In this document: piece by piece, positions 11,250-24,379 of the stretch | Position numbering within the stretch: the first letter of the stretch is position 1 | How the letters are laid out: the number at the start of each line of letters is the position of its first letter | From: Dimorphilus gyrociliatus | Taxonomy: Eukaryota > Animalia > Annelida | NCBI GenBank assembly: GCA_904063045.1 | Contig: CAJFCJ010000001.1 | Span: 1,798,001 to 1,862,000 of the forward strand | DNA: 64,000 nt | Direction: 5' to 3' | Notes under the pieces: model-generated | Databases searched by the model: none | Seen by the model: the letters and a program-made list of their open reading frames with translations, nothing else | Told to the model about the DNA's origin: nothing | Translations under genes and position numbers: made by a program

Positions 11250-12763
11250 ATGAGCTTTGAAAATGTGCATCCAAATCTAATAATCGAACCATTTTGCTCA
11301 GGGTCTCATAGACAATTGGTAACCTTTATTGAAGAAAATTATAAATGCGATTGTATTAGTTTGACCGGTAAGAAATGGCATTGGAGAGCGCGATGTTCTG
11401 CATTATACATTTCTCAGAAACTTCCAAAATCACACTCTTATAAGTAGTATAAGTTGCTGCAAAAAACTAATGTTTGAATTAATGATCTAAAAAACCACAG
11501 GACAATATTCGCAAGCTCAGTTCTAAACTTAGCAGAATTATTAGCACTCAGACCTGATTTACAGTCTACCAGGAAAATATTATATTTTCATGAAAATCAA
11601 CTGATCTACCCTATCCAAAGAACCAAAGACGGAGACTATCAATACGGCTATAATCAAATTCTGTCAAGGTGATAAAACATAAAAAGAAAAGGGCTATTTA
11701 AAGATAATAATAGGGCTAATTATCTGAAATATTTACAGTATGGTAGCGGATGACGTTTACTTTAACTCTAAATTTAATATGAATAGTTTTCTTGGGACGA
11801 TAAAGTCTTTTATTAAGAAAATACCCGATTATGCTCCTTCTAATATCGAAAATGAAATTGAAATGAAATGTAAAGTTCTTTATTTTCCTGTTAGTCTACC
11901 AAATATTGAAAAGCCTATGGTTACAACATCCGAGGAAGAGAAGAGCAAGGATCCAATTCATTTCGTTTGGCCACACCGATGGTTCATATTTATGTATTTG
12001 TTTCAAAAATATACTATATTTTCTTTTGTATTCATCAAAGGGAGCATGATAAAAATCCCGATCTTTTCTTCAACACCTTATTCAAACTATTGGAAGAAGG
12101 TTTAGATTTTAAAGTGTCTATTTTAGGAGAACAATATGAAGAGATACCAGGTTTTTAGCGTGCATATATAAATATGAAAGTTTTAACTTGAATTGAAAAT
12201 TTAATAGCCATTTTTAATATTGGAAAAGAAAGATTAAAAGAGAAAATACAGAATTGGGGCTTTGCAGAAAGCAAAAGTGAATTTTTTAGGTTATCTTCAA
12301 TTCTTAGATATTTTACTAATCTTATTAATTAATTTGGTGTTTCGTTTATTATACAGAATTTTGTCTACGTGTGATGTAGTTGTCTCCACTGCAATTCATG
12401 AATTTTTCGGTGTTTCCATGATAGAGGCAACTCACATTGGTTGCCAACCATTGGCTCCTAACAGATTATCTTATCCCGAAATCTTTCCAGGTAAAAATAT
12501 CTTACGACTTATTCATTTATAAAGATTATTTAGCAAATTATAACAGAATCCTGCTTGTACAACACGGATACGCAACTCTTGTCGAAAATGAGAAAGTTTT
12601 GTAAAAGACCAGATATCTTGCGAAGAAGAGAAAAAGTATGCAAAGTAGAATTTCAATCGGTACTTTTATCTTAACACAGTAATTTTTCTCTCAGATAGAA
12701 GTTTCCAAATATAGTTCTACTGTTTTGAAAAAGGAATACGACGAATTGTTTAACAATAAATAA
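11250..12763 (+). CDS. GTDC1: Glycosyltransferase-like domain-containing protein 1 (queuosine-tRNA mannosyltransferase family)
   Basis: Motifs [64 protein letters not shown] and [19 protein letters not shown]; GT-AG exons are phase-consistent. Confidence 0.92.
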
Positions 12764-12927
12764 ATAGCTTAAAAATCTTTGTAATGTTCTTATCTTTTTT
12801 GCCGAAGGTTGAAATTCAGTGTATTTGACTTCGTAAAGAATAAAAAATTAACAAACAATCAGCATGGCAACTTTTGAACATAACTTTCAGAAAAACATTA
12901 GATGAAACTGAATTTCAAAAAAATAAA

Positions 12928-15769
12928 TTACAGTTGACTATCAAGATAATCTTTGCCCAAGTAATGCTTCATAAACTTTGTCAGAGACGTGTCCAGAAAC
13001 TCGGCTTCGTGCTTTAGCTTTTTAGCTTGACCTCCAATAATTTCCAACTCTTTAACTTGTTCATCGAAGGCAACTAGTTGATGTCTCATATCTTGTTGTG
13101 CTGCAGTTACATGACTAGCTAATCTGGAATATGTCCCATTCAATTCAGTAGCCACTTGATGACTGCAGTTGGAGCTAGTCAAGTCTACTATAAGTCTTAG
13201 TTTATTGCTAGCATAGTCTACGTATTGTCGTTTAAATGCCTTTTCACGAGCTTTTCTAGTCCATGTCAAGCGCTCGTACATATATATTCCGCCGTACACA
13301 CTAGCAGCGACAGCCATTACTCTCCATCCTAGAGCTTTAGCCGTAAAGCCGGCAGCAGCAAGTACTCCAATTGTTGTCGAAGAGTACAATGTTGTAAAGT
13401 GCGTTAAAGCCTATATTGAAATTTGAAGAGTAAACAACTATTTTAAAACAAATCTTAATTTACAAACTTGAACAATTGCTATTCCTTCATTCATTTCTAA
13501 TCTTTTTTCATTACTTGGCGTCAATGGAGTAGTGGGTGGCAATAGAGGTGCTCTTTGGAATTTCTTATTTAGATATCGATTGAAAAGTGAGGTTAGACCA
13601 AGAGAAAAACGGAATTCAATATCTTCCTGGAAATCCCTGCATAAATTACGACAGTCCAATCTATACAATATACCAAAATCTTTCGAATTAGGCGTGAACT
13701 TTTTAGCAGTTTCTCGACGTTCCTCAGATAGCAAGGCAGTTAAACGTTCTGAAATGTTTTGATGGAATAAATAACTAATCTCATTTAGATAGAATTTCTA
13801 TAAAGAGAACAAATAAAAAAGTGTTCCAAATACCAGTAATCTCCGATTGCAGGTGGGTTAAATTTCTAATAATCTCTTCTGATAATTTCTTAGCTAAATT
13901 CTGTCCCAAGCCATCTTCAACGTGCTTATGCAATTCCTATTTTTTTATGGAGAAAAAAACAAACAACTTATAACTATTACGAACCAAACATTTCAAAGAA
14001 GCACATTTCTATTTCTTGATCAATATACACAGTAGTAATCCTTTTTAAATTCTTAATTAACTCTTTATCAATGTAATCATTTAAGTCCTAAGAATTTATT
14101 TGTGTCCTAGTGAATTAAACTATTGTATAGTAAAATAGTTTATCAAACCTGTTTGTAAACTAAGAGAATTTCGTTGTCAGGATGAAATGGCCTATTGAAT
14201 TGATCCACAAGAGTAGATAGACGTCTAATCTCGTCTGTAAACGCTGAGGCTACTTTTTTTTCTATATCAAGAACAACTTCATCAATTTTTGCTCTAACAT
14301 CAGATGTCAACAATTCTAATTGCTTCTCAACGTAATCCAATTGGCTTGCTGCGTCGATTCTTTGTTGTTGTTTTGATTCATAACAACTAACGGCTGATTC
14401 TCTAACTATTCCAATAAGTTTATGCAATTTAACAACCATATCTTTACCATTAACTGCATGTTGAGCAAATTTTGTTTGAACAGCTGACTGTGATATACAC
14501 TCCTCAAAACGTCTTTCAAAAGTGGCAAATTCGAATAAACGCCCTTGGTGTCCTTCAGATAGTGCACTAGCTGAATAAACATAAAAACAACAAATTACTT
14601 TAACATATTACAAACAATGTAGGTAAAATTACTTGGAGTGGGCGTTCCAGCTTCCTGGTGGACACGAGCAATAAGAGCTTCCTCAGCAGACACGAAAAAT
14701 ATTCTCTTTTCTGCTTCGGCTTTGCTTACAACTCCTAGCTCATTTACTAGAAAAGCTTTAGCTCTATCAAGATGTTGTTGTTTGACAAGTTTAATAGTCT
14801 CTTCACTTGGCGTTCCACGTGCAGAAGCATCCCACCTAATGGAGGAAAATGTCATTTAAAAACAAATACAAGTTTTAAAAGATATTGTATTACCTATTCT
14901 GGAGAATGAATATGTTGGGTTTTGATAACATATTTGATACTTTGTGAAAGAAATTTTTTTCAGTTTGCATAAGTGTTGATTCAGCATTTGCAACGAGGAC
15001 AAAAACGTCAGCATCCAGGCAATGTTTTGTGATCCATTTGTCGAGATCAGGTGAAACATCTATTCCAGGCGAATCAACCAAAACAACATCGTCTCTTAAT
15101 AAATTACATTTGTCCTGTGGCCATACAATTCTTAGTAGAGATGATTCGTTGAGTTTCACTTCACTAAGAGCACTTGCTAATTGATTAATAGATTCAATAC
15201 TGCGTACTTGTTCCTCGTTTGAATCGGGTACTTAAAAACATAATTGAGATCATTAGGTATGAGTTAAATCATTTTTTATAAATGGACTTACTTGGTTCAT
15301 ACATGGTTCCTTCGTCTGAAGTTCCTCCTTCTACTTGTAGGAAACAGTTAGTTGTATGCCCCATACCAGTGGGCAATATTCTCCTTTTTAACATGGCATT
15401 TATAACGGTACTCTTACCATTAGACGTTCTTCCAAAAAAAGCAACTTTCATTCTATCTCTGTTTAACATTTCTTGGATACCACAAACTCTATTACACAAT
15501 TCATCAATAAACTCTTCATCATCAGTAGATGTTAATTCATACTCCAAATTAACAATGCTAGACACGAATGACTTAGCATCGGTTATGTATTTCTCTATAT
15601 CTGTAAATATATCATTTATTTTCTTTTTGGCTTCACCGAAAACCTTCAACGGTGACTTTGGAGACATCAGTTGACCACCAGCTTCGAGTGATCGAGGTCC
15701 ATCTCCTGAAGCTCCTTCAGTTCTGGAATTTTGTCTTTTCCAATTTTCGGAATGAAAGTCACCAGACAT
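12928..15769 (-). CDS. MFN: Mitofusin (Marf/Fzo) dynamin-like GTPase
   Basis: Motifs [63 protein letters not shown] segment [11 protein letters not shown] and [19 protein letters not shown]. Confidence 0.96.
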
Positions 15770-16593
15770 GATCTTTTTTTAAAGGAATTCGACAATCGAA
15801 TAATAGTGGAGAATGCAAGCAAAATACGTTTGTCTGCTTTGTCTTAAAAATTGCAGTTCTCCAGAGCTTTTAATATAGCCTGTTCACTGAGGAGTGACAG
15901 TCTTAAGAAATATACGAAACGTTTTTTTTATAAAACGTGCTCGAGCTAGATGACCTTCCACTATGGCTCATCTATTAAAAGTAGGGTACGTAGCGATTCT
16001 CTTTATTCTCTGTCTAACTTTCTTGACAACAATTGGTAGGGAGCGCGTAACCCGATTTTTTAAACGGAAGCGAAAATTTAAATTCTCACAAAAGATCTTG
16101 TAACATATAAATCGATTCAAAGGAAATGTAAGGTCTTTTTGCATTCAAGTGATAAATATCGCTACATTAACCTTATAAACAAATATTTGTCAATAATTTT
16201 ATCATTTAAATGCTAATATTTGCTCACAAGTTTTTACTATCATTCATTAGATCATTTAAATTTAATATAATAGTTCTACCAAGACCTTAATTTAAATCTA
16301 CATTATTGATTTTATTGCCTAAGATAACAAAATTTGAGTACTTTCTGAACAAGTTGTACGAGAGTGTTAGACATTCAACATACGGTGGCGACACCTATAA
16401 ATTTTAGGAAGTTGTTGTATTAATGTTACTGAACAGAATATTTGATAAACGTCAAACACTTGACTTAAATCTCTGAAAAACCTGTGTAGATATTCACCAG
16501 TCAGAGATGGCAAGGTATTCGGATAGTATCAACAGTTTTGAACTTCAAACAGTAAGACATAGTAAGTCAAATTAATTATTTATAGAATAGGAC

Positions 16594-19500
16594 ATGACAA
16601 GTTCAATAATTATAGATAGAGATAGCTTAAATGACCCAGAACACCGTCTCGCTGAGAGAAGATACAGTAGAGGTGGTGAAAATGAAGGTAGGTTTAAAAG
16701 AGTGATTTCAAACTTATAAAATTATATGTATTCTAATTTTTAGGCATAAGTCGTAGAAGGAAAAAAAGAGCAAATTCTTTTGCATCAGGTACATTAAGAA
16801 TTAGAAGACCAGTATTAAGGCAGGATGAGATAGAACAAGTAGTTGATGAAATAGATAATGTAAGTTATACCTCCGGGAGTGACTCATTTAAAGGAAAAAT
16901 AACTGTTTGATTGAAAACCATGTGTAATTTATTGCGTATATTGTTACCATTAACCTAAATATTTAACTATAGGACACACCAGATCAACCAGTCGCTTTAC
17001 AAAGTGATCAAATCAAGGAGCAAAATGTACCTATGAGCGCCAAAAGAGAAATAAGGTAAATTCAAAAAACATAACTTCCTCCTAGCTCCCTTCTGTATAA
17101 ATATTTACTTGGATTTTATTGGCAAATGCAATATACAATTTGTATTTACTTATTGATTATTTAGGCGAAACTTGGAGAGAAGACAGACAACTACACGTAT
17201 AAAAAAACCAGGTTGGTTTAGGAGGAAGAAATATGATATTCAAATGGTTAGTAGATTTCTTATCAAGTGCAAAAAATCAAAACTTCGTGACTGAACGAGC
17301 TATGACTATGTCTGATATATCTAATATAGTTCAAAGTATCTATGATTAGCTTTACAACACTAGAATTATAAAAGTTCTATTGACAAATCTGTTATAAAAT
17401 AATGAACATTTGTTAAAAAAATGCTACTTCCAGTTTTAAATCAGAGTATTCGGTCTATTAAATAAACCATCGAACTTTAACTCTTGTCCTACAAGTGTAG
17501 TAAAAAACCGCAGAAATTGGTATTTAATAGTCTCTTTAGTTTTAAATTGTATATGTGTATATCTCTATAATCATTTGTATAGATAACGGGAATGGTATTT
17601 ATAATAACTGTAATCAGTCTTTATCAGTTAATATAATTGATATATACTATTATCATAATAACGAAAGAAGAAAATTAATGTTACTTATTTTATTATTAAA
17701 ATATTTTAATACTTTAGACAAAACCTTTCTATTAAAAAAATACATCATATTTACACATGCATAAGCACAGATATGTATATAAATAGTACGTTGTTTTATA
17801 TTAATACAGCAATGGTGTAGATTCAAGCTTTGGACAGCTGACCAATTTTATACCATTGAACTTTGGAGAAGTCATTTTAGAACCATTGATGGTCATTTTG
17901 GCAGTGATGTTGGCTCTTATTTTAGACTTCTTCGTTGGATATTCTCATTGAATTTACCAGTCTTCATTCTAACATTTTCTTTCCTCACAATTCCACAATT
18001 GATAGTCAGAAATTTAGGAAACTTTGATGATAGTCAGGAATCTGTCACATGTAAATTTGAGCATCCTTTCGAAGGACCAGAATTTCTTACAGGAGGGGTA
18101 AACTTAATTTTTCATCCCATTTCAAAATATCAAAACTAACATGTCGCTTTATTTGAGAAATGTTTTTCAAAAGGCTCTATCTTTTTTATAGGGTTGGTTC
18201 AATCAGACAGAGCTCTATTATGGTTGCTACACAAAGGAAATTATCCAAATATGGAAAGGCCATAAATATGATATGAAATACGCCTATTTCTTCGTATGCG
18301 TAGCTTACTACTTGTTTACACTCTTAAGAACTGCCTACAGGTTATTAGTCTAAATTATTAAAGTTGTCAATTAATCAAAATGTCATTAAAATTAGTTTAC
18401 AGTCATCCTATAAAGAAAATTTTATCGAAGCAGAAGGAGAAATTCAGGCCTTTTATAGTGCCAGAGTATTTTGTGGCTGGGATTATCGCATAGCTCATAA
18501 AGAGACTGCTTTACTTAAACACAAAACTCTCTCAACATTATTAAAGGTTTGTCAAAGTTTATAAGCTTAGTTTATTGTTGAAATAATTGTCTAATTTTCA
18601 GGAAAGTTTGTCAAAATATAATGAAAGAGTATCGAACAGTTGGAAAACATTTTTTTTGAAGACATTCTTTCGTATTTTGACGAATGTTGTGTCACTTGCC
18701 CTAATTGGTGCTTCAGGATATCTGGTTTGGTATATTTCTGATACGCAAAGTTTAAAGGTTTGTTTTTCCTTTATACAAGTTAATATTTTAATTACCTAGT
18801 AACGGTATGTTATTTTAAAGACTGACAATAAATTTTTACACGATATGGCTATGCCGTTAACAATATCGGCATTGAATTTTATTCTTCCATTTGCATTTTC
18901 AATAATTGCCTCATTTGAAAACTATAGCATACCTCAATATGCACTATATTTTACAATGATTAGGTAAGAAACGAATAGAGAATAAGTCATTGATTAAGAC
19001 TAATGAAATATATATATTTAGAACTTTATTATTAAACGCTGCAACACTAGGAGTTTTGGTTTATTTTTGGTTTATTACTGTTAATTGTGATCAATTAGAA
19101 AAAAAGGATGAAAATTGGTTAAATGCAGCAGTTGATTGTAAGCCAGTAAGTTTATATTATAAGATAAAATAACACAGATAATATTTTATGTTTAAACTGA
19201 TTTTTTAATTTTAAACAGTGTTGGGAAAGTTTTATGGGAGAGCAAATTTATAGATTAGTTATTGTGGACTTCTTCTTTACAATTCTATTTACATTATTTT
19301 CTGAATTAATTAGATTGTTAGTATTTATTTTTAAATTCTAATTTATATCTATGTATAAAGAAATAATATTCTTTTTTCTTTTTAATAGTCTTGTTCATAA
19401 ATGTTTCAAGTCAAGAATTGATAAACCTGAATTCGATATTGCAAGAAATACTCTTAATCTTATATACTCTCAAAGTTTAGTTTGGTTAGGGACGTTTTAT

Positions 19501-20377
19501 AGTCCACTTTTGTCCCTTATTCAAGTTATTAAATTTTTTGTTCTCTTTTATATTAAAAGAGTAAGTATTGTAATATTAATTAAATAAATAATTATGTTCA
19601 TTTTTCTATTTTCTTACTAAAAACAGTATAGTCTTACACTATTTTGTCGACCGTCCTCCAAGCTTTGGAAGGCTGCTAAAACTCAAACCTTTTTCTTATT
19701 ATTTATATTTGTATCGCTGTTGTTATGCGTGATAGCAGTTGCTTTTAGCATGATTTCGTAAGTTGACCCTTTTTTTATTTGGTCTACTATTTATGTTAAT
19801 TTTAAATAATAATTAACTTTATTTGTACTTGTTTATTCAGCCTGAAACCGTCGCAAAGTTGCGGTCCTTATCAGGAATTTAATACAACTTATCAGGTAAT
19901 AACAGAGCCATTTAATAAATGGTCTGGTAAGCTTAATTGGCTAAAAGAGATCATAAAATTGATAACATCTGATGTTTTTTTCTTCCTGATCCTAACTGTT
20001 TTGTCGTAAGTCTTAAACTAGAAATTTTTAACTAGATTGTCAAAGAAATATATGTCTTTCCTACAGCGTTACTGTATATTATACGAGAATAATCATGAAT
20101 GCTCACTTTGAAGTAGTCCGCCTGCTTAAACATCAATTACACAACGTAAGTTTTTCTCAATATCTATATAATTCGCTATAAATAAAATACTTTTTAACAG
20201 GAAGGCAAAGATAAACAATTTCTTATAGGCCTACTACAAAACAACTCAACTGGAAGTTCTCGTCATAATAATAGCAATAACTCTAACACACGTGGCAACT
20301 ATACTGAGAACAACAATAAGTCATCATCGAATAAGATTCACGTAATACAGAATAGACATTTTGACAGGGATGAGTAA
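16594..20377 (+). CDS. TMC: Transmembrane channel-like protein (TMC7-like), multi-exon
   Basis: Motifs [34 protein letters not shown] domain [29 protein letters not shown] and [12 protein letters not shown] at 16594, TAA at 20375-20377. The subfamily is tentative. Confidence 0.9.
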
Positions 20378-20499
20378 ACAATATGACTGCTTTAAAAAAA
20401 CCTATAACATGTGGTATCATAATATTAGCAACAAAAATCATCATCAAAAGAATGTGGACAAAGAATGCGGCTCTGAGAACTAAAGTTTAGAAATGATAT

Positions 20500-22461
20500 T
20501 TTTGTTATAATATATAAAAAGAGATAATTCAATTAATCATTCTTTTAATATTAATAATTTTAAATAGCTTCTATCTTTTTGAAAGTTAATTTCCTTAATC
20601 ATTCAATAATATAAAAGAATAATATTCTTCTTGACAGATGTGAGGAATATGTCTCTTGAAATCCTCATTCTAGTAGTATCTATAGAAAAGGGTGTTGTTC
20701 ATATTCTTTACATTATTTTCTTTAGGGATGAATCAACATCAAAAAGTTTCTTTGTTATTGATAAATCATAATATGTATGTTTGTTAATTTCTACTAGAAA
20801 ATCTCTCTTCTGATTCAGAAGAAAATTCTCTTTATAAATAAATATATATTATATTAATCTTTGTTGGATATTACTATTGATTATAAATGTGAATGTTGAA
20901 AAAATTACATACAGCTGCTTCAATTATTATTCTATTTGCCTTTCAAGTGATGGAATAATAGCAGCTCTTTTAAAATAGCATAGTATTTCAATGGTACTTA
21001 AATTAAATCTTTAGAAATATATTTCTTTATATACTGCAATCATTAAAAGACATTTGTTTCAATTCTTTCCAGTTATTTTATGTTACATAAATTTCCAGGT
21101 AGATGTTCATTTAGTATTTCATATGAATTAAAGATTAGCAATATATTTGAAGGAGAGATTTAAGACATTCGTAAGTAATAGCAACAGATTGTTATAAGTC
21201 ATTCGTTGATCGCTTCTATTTGCGAAAACATTAATAGATAGAATTTTATACTCATTCTTGTATTCTGATAGCTGTCTGCATGTGTTGAGAAATTTTATGA
21301 CCTTGCTCTTAGAAATATCTTCCGGTTTTGATTTAATATCATCTGGACACCATTTGCTAAACTAAGATGTAATTTAAATAAGATCATCGAACTTTAATTT
21401 TTAGTCAATGAATGAATCATAAATAAGATTTTGACGAAAGACAGCTAAAAGTTTTCTATTTAAATTACATCCCTGAATTCTTTGTCCTCTATCAGTTCCA
21501 ACAAGTCTATAACCCGACTTACTGAACTTCTTTCTAACTTTCTTATCGATTAGATCTAAAATTATTCTCTGTTGGCAATTGCAAATCACGAACTTATCTG
21601 CTTCATAGTGCATAGGAAACTCTAAAAATTTTTTCTCATCTTTATTGCTACTAGGCTGGAAAAATATGGCTCCACCACGAACTATTATTGAGTTAAAAAT
21701 CAAACCTCCGTTTAAAAATTGCACTTGATCGATTCTAACTAGTGAATCGTTAGATTGAACTAATTTTGAGTCAAATATTATAATGAGCGTATTAATGTAC
21801 TCTCTACTAAATCGTTCGTTGTTACCGCAGTGATCGTCGCTGAGAAATTTTGACAAACGTATACCCATTTTTTCTTTATCTTTGAAGAGAACATCCATTA
21901 TCTTTTTATGCTCTAGAACATAAGTAATTGTTAGAGAGATAGGATTATGACTTATATTGCACGACATCATTGAATTAATTAGTGTAATTTTTAAAACTGG
22001 CATCATTTTTAAAATGGTTTTCCTATACAAACAGTTCACAAGGTACAATTCACTGTACCTATAAAAAGTGTATATTTTAAAAGGCAATAAAGATTTCATC
22101 ACCTGATCTGGGCTGTTCGCACATTCATAAATCTATATAAAGTTCATCATTATTAGAATTCAATATGTTTCATTTAGCTAAATAAACTATCCAGATAACC
22201 TGCCTGTTGTGGTATCATTTTAATAGGATCACTTTTTCTGAATTCTCTAAACTTTTCAACAACATAACGTCTACAAGGCAGTCCTCTACCAAGAGTTATA
22301 CTTTGATTGCATATAAATATGGCACGAGGACCATGATTATCCGCCAAACTTTTGTTATATACTACACATTGGCAAATTTCATATTGTTCAACATAGTTAG
22401 TCGCCAGCTTAGACAGATGCACCGAGGAATAAATAATAAACAAATAGTACATAAATATCAT
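20500..22461 (-). pseudogene. Degenerate or uncharacterised coding locus, possibly a secreted LRR-like gene remnant
   Basis: Open frames at 22461-22174 (hydrophobic N-terminus, Cys), 22102-21401 (233 aa; CNISHNPI, ICNCQQ) and about 21364-21128. Downstream coding-like sequence is interrupted by stops, and I found no phase-consistent GT-AG model. Boundaries are approximate. Confidence 0.3.
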
Positions 22462-22675
22462 TTTATTATAACCGATTTTGAAACAATTAAATGACATAAT
22501 AGATGAGTAAACGATAGGTATAAAAATATAAGCGTTTGTATTTCTATCTTATAAAAACTTTAAGCAACAATTTGTAACATGTGAAGAAACAGATGAATGA
22601 TAACAAATTAGAAAATAAGTATTAGAGTTTATTCTTAAATGGAGCTACCCAAAATTATTAACAGTAAAAATTTAT

Positions 22676-24379
22676 CTATTGCGTTGTTTTTGTACATTCG
22701 GGAGGATCGGGATGACTTTTAACTTCATTTTCAGCAGTTTTGTCATCAGGATTCATTCTCTCATTATAAACTCTTCCTATAAAATCACTTTTAAAGCGTC
22801 TCTGAGTAAAATGTCTAGAATTTGGCCAGTCCGTACATGACACACTATCGTGACAGAGCATATCAGCCTTTACTAGGTCAAATAATGTAGTTTGTAGCCA
22901 ATTCCAGGAAGATGTTACTTGACTAAATTTAGTTACAGCTTCGCTAAGTCGTTGGTTTAGCTTTTCTCTTCTTCCTCCTATAGTGCCAATACCCGCTATC
23001 CTTGAGCTTTTGTGCCTGGGGTGATCACGAATACAATGAAAAGCTGCTTGGCTTGAAACCCAATCTTTTACTACTGTAGCATCTCTTTCCGAAAGTCTTG
23101 ACGTAGCGTTACGTATTATAAACACATTAACGCTGGAATCCTCAATAATTTTAAATGGTTGTAACTCAAATGGTTCATTATTGGCTGGTAGTTGTACAAT
23201 TTGAGCCTTTAACAGCTTAAATTTGTTTAACCAGCGTTGGGGAACTCCTTCTGCAACATATAATCTCAATATCCATTCTGGCATGAACACTTTTACAAGT
23301 TGAATATTCCTCAAAGCTCCATATAAATGCTTTTTAGATTTAGCTGGCAAACTCATAGCTATGATCTTGGTACCGTCAGGATCGGGTAAATCCTTATTGC
23401 GTTTTACTGCTTCAATATATCGATATAATGTTACCTTGTCGCTATTTAACTGATTAGCAAGTTTTCCCTCAACTGACGTATGAACTTTATATCTTGTTCC
23501 AGTGTCGAGAGTATGAACTAATTTAATCGAAAATAATTTTGTCGATCTTCCTGGTCTGTATACTTTGGTGACCCAATCATCACCCCACCAGTCTGTGAAT
23601 ACTCTAGGATAATAAAATCCAAAAATATCTAAATGAGTTTTATGAACAAAATCATATGTAAGAATTGCCTCGTTCCCTCCTTTATGATGAGGTCCAACGA
23701 CTCCAACATTTTTAGGGTCATACTCGTTTAGAACTTTAACAAATGCTTCAGCCCAATTAGTACTTTTTAACAGCGAATCATCGTTTACTCTGTAATAATA
23801 TGAGTTGTCATCTATGTAAGCTTCAATCATTGCATCGTTCTGAGCCCATGTTGGGGAGCCTTTGTGATCACAGTGGACTAAATGTATCAAAACTATTATA
23901 TTTGGTGGACAAGAAGATTGAACTATACTCTGAAAGCGTTTGATAAATGCTTGTCTTTTAGTTTCGGAGATGAAAAATCCGTCGTCCACATCATAGCCAA
24001 AATAGAAATTATACTGCCAATCTACAGTAACAGTTTTACAAAATGATGGTAAAAAGTGACGAAAGAGAGGTATTCTTCTTAGAGTTCCTTCCACATCATG
24101 AATTGGCATCCTTCTCGATGTGATGCCCATACCAATTGCTATACTTTGACCATCAGTCTCTAAAGGTTTAATACTATTCTGCACAGTGAGGCCATTATTA
24201 CTGTGATGGTCCCGATGTATCACTTTCGAGATATTGTGGACTTCAATTTTTGATTTGTCGTCCACAGAGATTTTTATTTGAAAACTGGGAAATGATAATC
24301 TCAATATATGCTTAAATGTCACTCCTCCAACTAGTATCAGACATACAAAGAGAGCTTTTTTCAAGGTAGGGTTTACCAT
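22676..24379 (-). CDS. Intronless type II membrane protein with two tandem glycosyltransferase-like domains, 567 aa
   Basis: N-terminal TM (ALFVCLILVGGV). Domain 1 is GT-A-like (FGYDVDD, RVNDDS, VGVVGP, FTDWWGDDWVTKVY). Domain 2 has KIIAMSL...GALRN...PEWILRLYV...RLSERDATVVKDW...FHCIRDHPRH. Confidence 0.75.
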   Translation of the reverse strand: MVNPTLKKALFVCLILVGGVTFKHILRLSFPSFQIKISVDDKSKIEVHNISKVIHRDHHSNNGLTVQNSIKPLETDGQSIAIGMGITSRRMPIHDVEGTLRRIPLFRHFLPSFCKTVTVDWQYNFYFGYDVDDGFFISETKRQAFIKRFQSIVQSSCPPNIIVLIHLVHCDHKGSPTWAQNDAMIEAYIDDNSYYYRVNDDSLLKSTNWAEAFVKVLNEYDPKNVGVVGPHHKGGNEAILTYDFVHKTHLDIFGFYYPRVFTDWWGDDWVTKVYRPGRSTKLFSIKLVHTLDTGTRYKVHTSVEGKLANQLNSDKVTLYRYIEAVKRNKDLPDPDGTKIIAMSLPAKSKKHLYGALRNIQLVKVFMPEWILRLYVAEGVPQRWLNKFKLLKAQIVQLPANNEPFELQPFKIIEDSSVNVFIIRNATSRLSERDATVVKDWVSSQAAFHCIRDHPRHKSSRIAGIGTIGGRREKLNQRLSEAVTKFSQVTSSWNWLQTTLFDLVKADMLCHDSVSCTDWPNSRHFTQRRFKSDFIGRVYNERMNPDDKTAENEVKSHPDPPECTKTTQ

